In this document: one piece after another, positions 17,161-26,234 of the stretch
Position numbering within the stretch: position 1 is the stretch's first letter
How the letters are laid out: the number at the start of each line of letters is the position of its first letter
Origin: Candidatus Methylomirabilota bacterium
Lineage (GTDB): Bacteria > Methylomirabilota > Methylomirabilia > Rokubacteriales > CSP1-6
DNA length: 30,062 nucleotides
Direction: 5' to 3'
NCBI GenBank assembly: GCA_046726415.1
Contig: JBKPAK010000016.1
Location: forward strand, 1 to 30,062
Position numbers and translations under genes: made by a program
The notes under the pieces: model-generated
Told to the model about the DNA's origin: nothing
The model's database searches: none
What the model saw: only the letters and a program-made list of their open reading frames with translations

Positions 17161-17212
17161 CCCCCGAGATCTCGCGGCTTCGGGGGCTTCTGGCTCCGGG
17201 GGCGTCCCCCCG
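17157..17212. terminator. Double GC-rich hairpin (REP-like element or bidirectional terminator) between convergent genes
   Basis: gaagcccccga (17157-17167) pairs perfectly with tcgggggcttc (17180-17190); second stem cggggg/cccccg at 17197-17212; no U-tract. Confidence 0.55.
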
Positions 17213-17217
17213 AGAGG

Positions 17218-17508
17218 CTAAGTCTGCTTGAGAATCCCCTCCATCTCCTTGTCGTCGAATGCCCGCATCGTCGTGCTGCTGACGTTGCCGGCGCCCACCA
17301 CGTTGGCCATGGCGCCCATCATGGCCTCCTCGGACGGTGCGTCGATGATGGACACCAGGTCGTAGGGGCCCTGCGTCCACAGGAGCGCCTGCACCTTGAA
17401 GCCTCGCTTCTCGGTCTCCACGCGGGTCTGGCGAGCGCGCTTGACCGTCTCACGGATGTTCTTCGCGCCTTCGGCGGTGAACCGGTAGAGCACGACGTAC
17501 CTTGGCAT
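17218..17508 (-). CDS. GYD domain-containing protein (96 aa)
   Basis: SD AAGGAGGAG; MPRYVVLYRFTAEGAKNIRETVKRA...WTQGPYDLVSI...GNVSSTTMRAF. Confidence 0.9.
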   Translation of the reverse strand: MPRYVVLYRFTAEGAKNIRETVKRARQTRVETEKRGFKVQALLWTQGPYDLVSIIDAPSEEAMMGAMANVVGAGNVSSTTMRAFDDKEMEGILKQT

Positions 17509-17822
17509 GGGCTCCTCCTTGTGCGCGGTTGCCGGATGGCGCAGGCGGCGACGACGCGTCGCCGCCCCCCTGTGCGTGCGGCGCGTCACGAACCCCAGGG
17601 CGGCGCGCGAGCAGTCTTCGGGGAAGCCGTGACTCCGGCGCGTCGGGCGGCGGGGGCGCAGATCGAAACCACAACCGAGCCTCAATGCCCGCCGATAGCC
17701 TACACCACGACCGTGCCGTGCGAGTTGACGCCGCGGAAAGGCCCGCCGGTTCGCATTGTCAATTCAACGACGCGTTCGCGGGGCCGACCGGGGCCACGCG
17801 GGAAGGAAGGGTCACGACGGCC

Positions 17823-19007
17823 ATGACGTTGCTGCTCGTAAACATCGGACGCTTGGCGAGCGGGCGGCTGGACGCCCCGATCATCGATGGGGACGCGATC
17901 GTCGTGCGGGACGGGAGGATTTCCGCCATCGGGCACACCAGTCACGTCGATACCGCAGGGGCCGATGTGATCGTCGACTGCCGGGGTACGACAGTGATGC
18001 CGGGGCTGATCGATTCGCACTGTCACGTCGTGCTGGGAGACTACACGCCGCGGCAGAAGACCGTCGACTTTTTGGATTCGTACGTCCATGGCGGCATCAC
18101 CAGCGTGGTTTCGGCGGGCGAGGGAGTGCATGCGCCAGGGCGCCCCCACGACCCCGTGGCATCGAAGGCGCTCGCCATCGCGGCGGCCAAGTGCTTCGCG
18201 GGGTTCCGGCCGAACGGCATGAAGATCAACGCCGGGAGTGTCGTGCTCGAGCCGGGGCTCACCGACGACGACTTCGCGGAGATGGCCCGACATGGTGTGC
18301 GCCACGCCAAGTACGGATTTGGCGGCTACGCCCATCCCCGCGACGGCGAGCCGGAGATCCGGGGCGCCCAGAAGCACGGGCTCACCGTGATGTCCCACAG
18401 CGGTGGCAATTCCATCCCCGGCTCGAGCCCCATCACCCACGACATCTTGCTGCGCCTGCGCCCGGACGTGTGCGGTCACGTCAACGGAGGCACCACATCG
18501 CTGGACGAGGCCGGTCTGGCCCGCATCATCCGCGAGACCGACATGGGGCTGCAGATCGTTCAGGCCGGGAATCTCAGGTCCGCCCTGTACATCGTGGGCC
18601 TCGCGCGGGAGGCGGGAGCATTGCACCGGGTGTGTCTGGCCAGTGACACACCGACGGGGACCGGCGTGATGCCGATGGGCGTGCTCAAGACGGTGTGCGA
18701 GATCAGCTCGCTGGGCGATCTCGCCCCCGAGGTGGTCATTGCCCTGGCCACCGGCAACAACGCACGCGCCTTCCGCCTCGACACCGGGACGATCGCGGTG
18801 GGTCAGCCTGCCGATCTGGTGGTGTGCGATGCTCCGGCGGCGTCCGCCGCGGCCGATGCGCTCACCGCCATAGCACGCGGCGACATTCCGGGCATCTCCT
18901 GCGTCATCATCGACGGCGAGGTACGGGTGGGCCGCAGCCGCAACACCCCTCTGGCCCAGCGCCTGGCCAGCATGACCGGCGTCGGCCTGTCCAGCACGGG
19001 CCATTGA
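17823..19007 (+). CDS. Enamidase-like amidohydrolase
   Basis: PGLIDSHCH, GDYTPRQ, HSGGNSIPGSS, GHVNGG, SDTPTGTG, ATGN, GDIPGIS..IDGE..SRNTP; as recalled, these closely follow Eubacterium barkeri enamidase motifs. Confidence 0.85.
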   Translation: MTLLLVNIGRLASGRLDAPIIDGDAIVVRDGRISAIGHTSHVDTAGADVIVDCRGTTVMPGLIDSHCHVVLGDYTPRQKTVDFLDSYVHGGITSVVSAGEGVHAPGRPHDPVASKALAIAAAKCFAGFRPNGMKINAGSVVLEPGLTDDDFAEMARHGVRHAKYGFGGYAHPRDGEPEIRGAQKHGLTVMSHSGGNSIPGSSPITHDILLRLRPDVCGHVNGGTTSLDEAGLARIIRETDMGLQIVQAGNLRSALYIVGLAREAGALHRVCLASDTPTGTGVMPMGVLKTVCEISSLGDLAPEVVIALATGNNARAFRLDTGTIAVGQPADLVVCDAPAASAAADALTAIARGDIPGISCVIIDGEVRVGRSRNTPLAQRLASMTGVGLSSTGH

Positions 19008-19160
19008 CGCTCCGCCCGCGGTCGGGCGCGAACGCCAATCGCCGCTGCCGAGAGACCCGCTCTCGGAGGGCCTTACTCCGGTGCGGGTCGAGGGGATTGA
19101 CCCGTGCCGCCGCGAAGCGGGCGAAGTCCTGTCGCAGGAGACTCACCGTGGCCACCCACG

Positions 19161-20684
19161 TCAGCCGAGCGGAGTGGCCTCGAAGACGTGGCGACCCCAG
19201 GCGGGCAGGTCGAGGTAGAGCCCGCGCTGCGCCAGCTCATTGCCGTCCCGCTCGTACTTGACCGTCGGGTTCAGGAGATCGCGGAGCAGCCAGGTGCGTC
19301 CCGCGAGGTCGCCGAAGGCGAGCCCGACGTGGCACTGCCCCTGTGTCGGCCCGTAGTTGACCGTGACGAGGAGTCGCTGGCCCGCGCTCTCCCAGGAGAA
19401 TGCGACGAAGCGGTCCCACGTGGGATTGCCGCCCCAGGCGGGGCGCTGCTCCAGGAGCCGCCAGTCCCCGGTGCGCACTTCGGGACGGTGCATGCACGCG
19501 AACAGCCGGTTGTAGAAGCTCTCCTGGTCGCGGTCGACCGGTTCGGAGGCGCGGCGGCGCAAATGATTTGACGCCCGCAGGCGGCGGCCTGAGCGCTGAC
19601 CCTCGTGGATGAACCGCAGCCCGGGTACGAGGAAGGCGATCGTGGCGGCCGCGCGATGGACCGCGAAAGGAAACGCGCTGGCCGCGCGGGGCTCGTCGTG
19701 GTTCTCCAGGAAGCGCACGGACTTGGCCTGGAAGTCCGGATCGGCAAGGAGATGGCCGCGGACGGCGAGCGCGTCCTGCCGGTGCAGGCAGTCGTAGAGG
19801 CGCTTGTCGTAGGTGTAGTCGAATCCCTGCTGCTGCAAGGTCCACTCGAGGTCCCAGTACGCCTCGGCCATGAACACGAAGCCCGGATACCGATCTCGCG
19901 TGCGACCGATGGCTTCTGCCCAGAAGGGGTTGTCGACGGGCGCGCTGCCGTCGGCGGGCAGCGCGCGGTCTCCCCACGTGCGGGCAATCACCTCGGGCAG
20001 GAGGAGCATGGCCATGTCGCAGCGCACGCCGTCGCACTGACTGGCCACCGACTGCAGCACCTGGAGCATCGCCTCACGGAATCCGCGGTGACGGTAGTTC
20101 ACCTGGAGCGTGTCGGGCCATCCTGGGAAGTATGGATCGCGCCCGTGGGCGAGCACGCGTGGCCCGTGGCGCGTGTCGACGCGGCGGTAGTTGTGCGGCT
20201 CCCGCGCCAGGTCCTCCTCGCTCCCGTGGACGTAGAACTCCGGGTGATCGTGGACCCATGGGTGGTCGAGGGCGGTGTGGTTGGGTACGAAGTCGAGCAT
20301 CAGCCTCACGCCACGCGCCTGGAGGCGCTTGCGCACCTGGGCGAGGGCTTGTGGCCCGCCAAAGTTGCGGTGCACGGCGTAGTCGCAGATGGCGAAGGGC
20401 GAACCCACCACGTCATCCGCCGTGAAATCGGGAAGCAACTCCCGATACTCCCGCTGCCAGTCGGGCTGGTGTAGCGAGACCTGCCGGCCCGCATCACCCG
20501 TTTGCCACACCCCGAGGGTCCAGAGCCAGTCGAAGCCATCCTGGACGACGCGGTCGAGGGAGGTGTCCGGAATGTCGTCCAAGGTGGCGGGGCGGCCCAA
20601 TTGGGTGCCGAGGTCATGAAGGACGGCGCGGGTGTTGAGCTGGTAGAGCGAGGCGTGACGCGCAGGCCTGGCCAGAGGGCTCAT
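19161..20684 (-). CDS. GH13 alpha-amylase family glycoside hydrolase
   Basis: ATG 20684 overlaps the GH63 stop (ATGA); LDFVPNH, DGVRCDMA, MAEAYW, FLENHDEPR. Confidence 0.92.
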   Translation of the reverse strand: MSPLARPARHASLYQLNTRAVLHDLGTQLGRPATLDDIPDTSLDRVVQDGFDWLWTLGVWQTGDAGRQVSLHQPDWQREYRELLPDFTADDVVGSPFAICDYAVHRNFGGPQALAQVRKRLQARGVRLMLDFVPNHTALDHPWVHDHPEFYVHGSEEDLAREPHNYRRVDTRHGPRVLAHGRDPYFPGWPDTLQVNYRHRGFREAMLQVLQSVASQCDGVRCDMAMLLLPEVIARTWGDRALPADGSAPVDNPFWAEAIGRTRDRYPGFVFMAEAYWDLEWTLQQQGFDYTYDKRLYDCLHRQDALAVRGHLLADPDFQAKSVRFLENHDEPRAASAFPFAVHRAAATIAFLVPGLRFIHEGQRSGRRLRASNHLRRRASEPVDRDQESFYNRLFACMHRPEVRTGDWRLLEQRPAWGGNPTWDRFVAFSWESAGQRLLVTVNYGPTQGQCHVGLAFGDLAGRTWLLRDLLNPTVKYERDGNELAQRGLYLDLPAWGRHVFEATPLG

Positions 20685-23440
20685 GTCTTTCTCCGAGGAG
20701 CTCGTCCGACGCGGACCGGCTCTTTGCGAACCGCCTCTTTGCGAACCGGCTCGCCGCGGTCGAAGTGGTCGAGGAACGCCTGGGCATCGGTCGAGCCCAG
20801 GAGATGGATGACAGGGGCGACCAGGCCCGTCCAGCCCGTCTGGTGGCTGGCTCCGAGGCCGGCCCCGTTGTCGCCGTGGAAGTACTCGTAGAAGAGGATC
20901 AGGTCGCGCCAGTGCGGATCGGCCTGGAACTTCTGGGCTCCCCGGTGGACCGGGCGGGCGCCTTGCTCGTCCCGCAGGAAGATTCGGATCAGGCGACGAC
21001 CGAGCTCCTGGGCGACCTCGAAGAGGTTCATCTGGCGTCCGGAGCCCGTGGGGCATTCCACCGTGAACTCGTTGCCGTAGAATCCGTAGAGGTTGGCGAG
21101 CCCACGCAGCAGGAGGATATTCACGGGCAGCCAGATCGGGCCCCGCCAGTTGGAGTTGCCGCCGAACAGCCCGCTCGTCGACTCGGCCGGCTCGTAGTCG
21201 ACCCGGTAGACGGCGTGGTCGACGGAAAAGACGTACGGATGCTCGAGGTGATACCGCGACAGCGCGCGGATGCCGAAGGGGCTGAAGAACTCGTTCTCGT
21301 CGAGCATGCGCGCCAGCACCCGGCGAAGTTTTTCTTCGCTGAGCAGGGCGAGGAGGCGACGGTTGTGGTAGCCGCGGCGTTCGGGGGCCGCGATGTTCGC
21401 CGCCAAGTGGGGATGGCGGGCCATGAAGGCTTTGGCCCGGGTGATGAACTCCGGGTATCGCTCCTCCCCGTGGCCGGGGAAGACGGTTGAGGCGCACAGC
21501 GCGAGCAGTCCCACCATCGAGCGGACCTTGAGGCGGACGGCGTGGCCATTGGGAAGCCGGAGCACGTCGTAGAAGAACCCGTCCTCCTCGTCCCACAGCT
21601 CGTCGTTCGCGTGGCCGACGCGGTCCATGGCGGATGCGATCCACAGGAAGTGCTCGTAGAACTTGAGGGCCAAGTCCACGAAGGTCGGATCGTCGAGGGC
21701 CAGCTCCGACGCGATCTGGAGCATGCACTGGGAGAAGAAGGCCATCCAGGCCGTGCCGTCGGCCTGCTCGAGCGTGCCCCCGGTCGGCAGGGGCGCGCTG
21801 CGGTCGAAGACGCCGATGTTGTCGAGTCCGAGAAAGCCCCCCTGGAAGACGTTGAGACCGCTCGGATCCTTCCGGTTCACCCACCAGGTAAAGTTGATGA
21901 CGAGCTTCTGGAAGATTTTCCGGAGAAAGTCGAGGTCCCCCTTGCCACGCCGGGCTTTCTCCTGCGTGTAGATGTACCAGGCCGCCCACGCGTGCACGGG
22001 GGGATTGACATCGCTGAAGTTCCATTCGTAAGCCGGGATCTGGCCACTTGGATGCAGGTACTGCTGCTCGAGCATGAGGAGGAGCTGCTGTTTGGCGAAC
22101 GGGAGATCCACCTGGGCCAGGGCGATGGTATGAAAGGCGAGGTCCCACGCCGCGTACCATGGGTACTCCCACTTGTCGGGCATGGAGATGATGTCCTCGT
22201 TGGCCATGTGCGCCCATCCGCCGTTGCGGATCCCGAGCAGCCGCGGGTTGCTCGGATCGAGGCCGCGCCCGCGCAGCCACTCTCCGACGTCGTAGTTGAA
22301 GTACTGCTTCGACCACAGCATCCCGGCCAGGGCCTGCCGCATGACGAGAGCCTCGTCGGCGCTGGCGCGGGCGGGAGTGATGGCGGCGTAGAAGGCATCG
22401 GCTTCCTTCTCGCGCGCGCCGAACGTCGCGTTGAAGTCCGGGCCAAAGGCGGTTCCCCTTCCGCCCGCCGTGGAGGCGGTCAGCCGTAGGCGCACCACCG
22501 CGGTCGCCCCGGCCTCCACGGTCAGCGCGTAGTGAGCGGCCACCTTGGTACCCCGCTGCGCCGGGTTCACCGCCTCGCGGTGGCCGTGCACGACGAAGTT
22601 GTTGATCCCGTCCTTGACGTAGGGCGTGCGGTTGGGCGTACCGGAAATACGCTCGACGTTGGTCTCGTTCTCGGTGAACAGAAGCGGTACGTTCCCCTCG
22701 CACGAAAAGGTGTACTCGCGCCCTTGCGGGTCCGCGGCGACTGCGGCGGTCGCGCCGGCCGGCCCGTTCGCCGCCCGGAGGGAAGGCCGGGGCGAATCTC
22801 TCGTCCACGACCAGGTGTTGCGGAACCACAGCGTCGGCAGAAGGTGAAGGGCGGCCGCCGCGGGCCCGCGATTGACCGCGGACAGCCGGATCAGGATGTC
22901 CTCGGGCGCCGCCTTCGCGTACTCCACGAAGACGTCGAAGTAGCGGTTACCATCGAACACGCCCGTGTCGAGCAGCTCGTACTCCATCTCGTGCCGGTTG
23001 CGGTGGCGATTGACTCGCACGAGGTCGTCATAGGGGTAGGCCTGCTGCGGGTACTTGTAGAGGTACTTCATGTAGGAGTGGGTGGGGGTGGAGTCAAGGT
23101 AGAAGTAGTACTCCTTGACGTCCTCGCCGTGGTTGCCCTCGCTGTTGGTCAGGCCGAACAGACGTTCCTTGATGATGGGATCGGCGCCATTCCAGAGGGC
23201 GAGGGCGAAGCACAGTCGCTGCCGGTCGTCGGAGATGCCGGCCAGGCCGTCCTCACCCCAGCGGTAGGCGCGCGAGCGCGCCTGATCGTGGCTGAAGTAG
23301 TTCCAGGCGTCACCCGTCGGGCTATAGTCCTCGCGGACTGTCCCCCACTGCCGCTCAGAGAGATACGGTCCCCACTTCTTCCAGGGGGTATCGGGAAGCG
23401 TGGCCTCCTGGAGGCGGCGCTCTTCGCTGGCCATGGGCAT
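20681..23440 (-). CDS. GH63/MGH1-like glycoside hydrolase (glucosidase)
   Basis: SD AGGAG before ATG 23440; WGPYLSERQWGTVREDYS, SMPDKWEYPWYAAWDLAFH, GFLGLDNIG, GGNSNWRGPIW, FYEYFHGDNGAGLGASHQTGWT. Confidence 0.93.
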   Translation of the reverse strand: MPMASEERRLQEATLPDTPWKKWGPYLSERQWGTVREDYSPTGDAWNYFSHDQARSRAYRWGEDGLAGISDDRQRLCFALALWNGADPIIKERLFGLTNSEGNHGEDVKEYYFYLDSTPTHSYMKYLYKYPQQAYPYDDLVRVNRHRNRHEMEYELLDTGVFDGNRYFDVFVEYAKAAPEDILIRLSAVNRGPAAAALHLLPTLWFRNTWSWTRDSPRPSLRAANGPAGATAAVAADPQGREYTFSCEGNVPLLFTENETNVERISGTPNRTPYVKDGINNFVVHGHREAVNPAQRGTKVAAHYALTVEAGATAVVRLRLTASTAGGRGTAFGPDFNATFGAREKEADAFYAAITPARASADEALVMRQALAGMLWSKQYFNYDVGEWLRGRGLDPSNPRLLGIRNGGWAHMANEDIISMPDKWEYPWYAAWDLAFHTIALAQVDLPFAKQQLLLMLEQQYLHPSGQIPAYEWNFSDVNPPVHAWAAWYIYTQEKARRGKGDLDFLRKIFQKLVINFTWWVNRKDPSGLNVFQGGFLGLDNIGVFDRSAPLPTGGTLEQADGTAWMAFFSQCMLQIASELALDDPTFVDLALKFYEHFLWIASAMDRVGHANDELWDEEDGFFYDVLRLPNGHAVRLKVRSMVGLLALCASTVFPGHGEERYPEFITRAKAFMARHPHLAANIAAPERRGYHNRRLLALLSEEKLRRVLARMLDENEFFSPFGIRALSRYHLEHPYVFSVDHAVYRVDYEPAESTSGLFGGNSNWRGPIWLPVNILLLRGLANLYGFYGNEFTVECPTGSGRQMNLFEVAQELGRRLIRIFLRDEQGARPVHRGAQKFQADPHWRDLILFYEYFHGDNGAGLGASHQTGWTGLVAPVIHLLGSTDAQAFLDHFDRGEPVRKEAVRKEPVRVGRAPRRKT
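20711..20752. repeat. 15-bp tandem repeat (~2.8 copies) in the GH63 C-terminal tail
   Basis: gcggaccggctcttt gcgaaccgcctcttt gcgaaccggctc; encodes EPVRKEAVRKEPVR. Confidence 0.8.
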
Positions 23441-23597
23441 GGTACTCCTGGGCGTCGTCGTCTCTGAGCCGGTCGTCCCTCTTCGCCCTACTTCTCTAGC
23501 CGGGAGACGTCCGGTCGTCAACTGCTGTCGCGGGTCAGCGCGATCAGCCCAGCGGGAGGGATGTCGGCGTCAAGCGAAAGGCTGACCGACCCCCCGG

Positions 23598-23626
23598 TTG
23601 CCATCGGCCGTGGCCATCGCTATGGT
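23598..23626 (+). promoter_or_regulatory. Putative sigma70 promoter for the 23671-28002 operon
   Basis: TTGCCA-N17-TATGGT, 44 nt upstream of GTG 23671, which has a GAGGAG SD. Confidence 0.6.
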
Positions 23627-23670
23627 TACGGTCTGTCTCCGCGTTCGATCCTACCCGAGAGGAGACGTTC

Positions 23671-24699
23671 GTGAAAGCCGCGTATTTCAAGGAGCATGGA
23701 GGATCTGACAAGATCCTCTACGGCGACTATCGCGACCCCGTGGCTGGCCCCGGCGAGGCGCTGGTCCGGGTGGGCGCCTGCGCATTGAATCAGGTCGACA
23801 TGCTCCTGCTCGACGGCCGCTTCCCGCCACCGGAGGGCCTCCCTCACGTCAATGGGTGCGAGGTGGCCGGCACGGTGCAGGCGACGGGCGACGGCGTACG
23901 GGGACTCGCGCGAGATCAGCGCGTGATCGTCTTCCCCGGGTTCTCGTGCGGAACGTGTGAGTACTGCATGCAGGGCGCACACACGGTGTGCGTGCGCTAC
24001 GGCTACCTGGGGGCCCACCGGGACGGCGGCTACGCGGAGCTGGTGAAGGTGCCCGCCGCGAACGTGTTGCCGCTGCCGGACGCGGTCTCCTTCGAGGACG
24101 GTGCCGCACTGCCCCTTGCCATGCTCACCTCGTGGCACGCCCTCGTCGCCCAGGCCCAGCTCCGGCCCGGCCAGACCGTGCTGGTGCAGGCGGCGGGGAG
24201 CGGCGTGGGAAGCGCCGCCATCCAGATCGCGCGCCTCATCGGCGCGCGGGTCATGACCACCGTCGGCTCTGACGACAAGGTCGAGTTCGCCCGAGCGCTG
24301 GGCGCCGAACACGTCGTCAACTATCGCACCGAGGATTTCGTGGAGGCGGCCAAGGCGTGGACCGGCAAGCGCGGCGTCGACGTCGTGGTGGAGCACATCG
24401 GCGGCGAGACGTTCGAGCGGAGCGCCTACGCCCTCACCCGGCTGGGTACCTTGGTGTCCATCGGCTCGCACGATACGCACTGGGGACGCCTCGACTTACG
24501 CCATGTGTACTCGAAGAATCTGCGCATCGTGGGAACCAACCTCGGCTCGATCCTGGAACTGAAGACGGTTCTCGACTACGTGGTGGCGGGCCGTCTGCGT
24601 CCCGTCGTCGATCGGACCTTTTCGCTGAAGGACGCGCGGGGGGCCGTCCAGTACATGCTCGACCGGAAAAACAAGGGAAAGGTGCTGCTCGTCCCGTGA
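23671..24699 (+). CDS. Zinc-binding MDR-family dehydrogenase/reductase
   Basis: GPGEALVRV, GCEVAG, structural Zn cluster CGTCEYC..C, AAGSGVG, GKVLL. The classic catalytic C..GHE is altered to ALNQVD..GCE. Confidence 0.9.
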   Translation: MKAAYFKEHGGSDKILYGDYRDPVAGPGEALVRVGACALNQVDMLLLDGRFPPPEGLPHVNGCEVAGTVQATGDGVRGLARDQRVIVFPGFSCGTCEYCMQGAHTVCVRYGYLGAHRDGGYAELVKVPAANVLPLPDAVSFEDGAALPLAMLTSWHALVAQAQLRPGQTVLVQAAGSGVGSAAIQIARLIGARVMTTVGSDDKVEFARALGAEHVVNYRTEDFVEAAKAWTGKRGVDVVVEHIGGETFERSAYALTRLGTLVSIGSHDTHWGRLDLRHVYSKNLRIVGTNLGSILELKTVLDYVVAGRLRPVVDRTFSLKDARGAVQYMLDRKNKGKVLLVP

Positions 24700-26234
24700 C
24701 CTTGGGTCAGCTGCTCCGACACGCGGCCCTTCGCCGCCCGCACGCGGACGCCGTGGTCCACCATACCACCCGTCTGACCTACCGAGAGCTCGACCGCCGC
24801 AGCGATGCCATCGCGCGCGGCTTCCAGCGGCTCGGCGTGGCCCGCGGAGACCGCGTGCTCATCGCCCTCAAGAACCGGCTGGAGCATGTGCTGGCCTACT
24901 GGGCGCTGCAGAAGATCGGCGGCGTGCCCACCCCGGTGAACTTTCGCCTGGCCTCGGGTGAGATGGCCTACCTTCTGGAAGATAGCGGCGCGCGCGTTGC
25001 GCTGTTCGAGGATGCCACGGCGACGGCGGTCAACGAGGCGACTCGCGGACGCCACGTCGCCGTGGTCCATGTCGGAGCCTCGCGGCCCGCGAACGCCCTG
25101 GCCTTCGAGGCGTTGGCGGCGGACGGGCCGGGGCCGGACGCCGACGTCGCGGAATCCGACCTCTCGCTCATCCTCTACACCTCGGGCACGACGGGACGGC
25201 CCAAGGGCGTGCCCCGCACGCACCGGAATCACTACGCGGGTGCGCTGGCCCACGCTCTCCAGTGCCGCTACGAATGGGGCGAGCGGACCCTCGGCGTCAT
25301 GCCGCTCTACCACACCATGGGCATCCACTCCCTCACCAGCGTGGTGGTGGTGAATGGCTGCTTCGTCTGCCAGCCCGACTGGAGCGCGGCGGGTGCGCTC
25401 CGTATCCTCGCCGAGGAGCGGCTCACTGCGCTCTACCTGATCCCCACGCTCTTCTGGGAGCTGATCCATGCGTCGGATTTCGCGCGGAGCGATGTGTCGT
25501 CGGTGCGGAAGCTTGCCTACGCCGGCGCGCCCATGCTGGGCGCCCTGGCCGAGGCGTGCGCGAAAGCCTTCGATCCCGATGTCTTCGTCAACCACTACGG
25601 GTCCACCGAGATCTACACGTTCGCGGTTCGCCCCGACACCCATCGCAAGCCCGGCTCGGCGGGATGGCCCGGTATCCACTCGGCCTTGCGCGTGGTCAGC
25701 GCGAGCACGGAACGGCGCGTCGGGCCCGACGAAGTGGTGCCCCCCGGCGAAAAGGGCGAAATTATCGCCAGCCTCGCCTCAGACGAGGCCTTCGCCGGCT
25801 ACTGGAACCGTCCGGACGCCGACGCCCGGGCGCTGCGCGACGGCTGGTACTTCACCGGCGATATGGGGTACGTCGATGGCGACGGCGAGCTGTTCGTCGC
25901 CGGTCGCGTGGATGACCTGATCATCAGCGGAGGCGAGAACATCCATCCGATCGAGGTCGAGGAAGTCCTGGCTCGCCATTCGCTCGTGGGTGACGTCGCG
26001 GTGATCGGCGAGCCGGACGAGAAGTGGGGCGAACGCGTGGTGGCCTTCGTGGTATCGCGCAGCCCCGGTCTTACCGCCGCGGACCTCGATCGGCACTGTC
26101 GCGCGAGCGCCGACCTGGCCGCCTTCAAGCGCCCGCGCCGGGTCGTGTTCGTCAAGGGCATTCCCAAAACAGCGTCCGGCAAGGTCCTGCGCCGGCTCCT
26201 GCGCGGCGGCCAATACACGGAGATCCCGCCATGA
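24696..26234 (+). CDS. Acyl-CoA synthetase, 2-furoyl-CoA synthetase (HmfD)-like
   Basis: GTGA overlap; YTSGTTGRPKG, GERTLGVMPLYHTMG, VFVNHYGSTEIYTF, RKPGSAG, DEAFAGYWNR, GWYFTGD, PKTASGK. The non-universal motifs match HmfD as recalled. Confidence 0.85.
   Translation: MTLGQLLRHAALRRPHADAVVHHTTRLTYRELDRRSDAIARGFQRLGVARGDRVLIALKNRLEHVLAYWALQKIGGVPTPVNFRLASGEMAYLLEDSGARVALFEDATATAVNEATRGRHVAVVHVGASRPANALAFEALAADGPGPDADVAESDLSLILYTSGTTGRPKGVPRTHRNHYAGALAHALQCRYEWGERTLGVMPLYHTMGIHSLTSVVVVNGCFVCQPDWSAAGALRILAEERLTALYLIPTLFWELIHASDFARSDVSSVRKLAYAGAPMLGALAEACAKAFDPDVFVNHYGSTEIYTFAVRPDTHRKPGSAGWPGIHSALRVVSASTERRVGPDEVVPPGEKGEIIASLASDEAFAGYWNRPDADARALRDGWYFTGDMGYVDGDGELFVAGRVDDLIISGGENIHPIEVEEVLARHSLVGDVAVIGEPDEKWGERVVAFVVSRSPGLTAADLDRHCRASADLAAFKRPRRVVFVKGIPKTASGKVLRRLLRGGQYTEIPP

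Noticed and set aside
15276-17231. Long alternative-frame and antisense ORFs (also 6315-8027, 7148-8482, 10839-12254, 17700-19004, 27827-29068)
   Set aside because: Shadows of real genes caused by high GC and codon bias; no family motifs.
17107-17826. 239-aa ORF as an intact SDR
   Set aside because: Only the first ~18 codons are SDR-like; the rest crosses a hairpin and is antisense to the GYD gene.
18907-19155. 82-aa minus-strand ORF after the GH13 gene
   Set aside because: No SD, overlaps the enamidase end antisense, and no supportable family motif.
19161-22829. 1222-aa ORF as a giant GH13 fusion
   Set aside because: The part upstream of 20684 is an Arg/Pro-rich off-frame reading of the GH63 gene; the GH13 sequence starts at the ATGA overlap.
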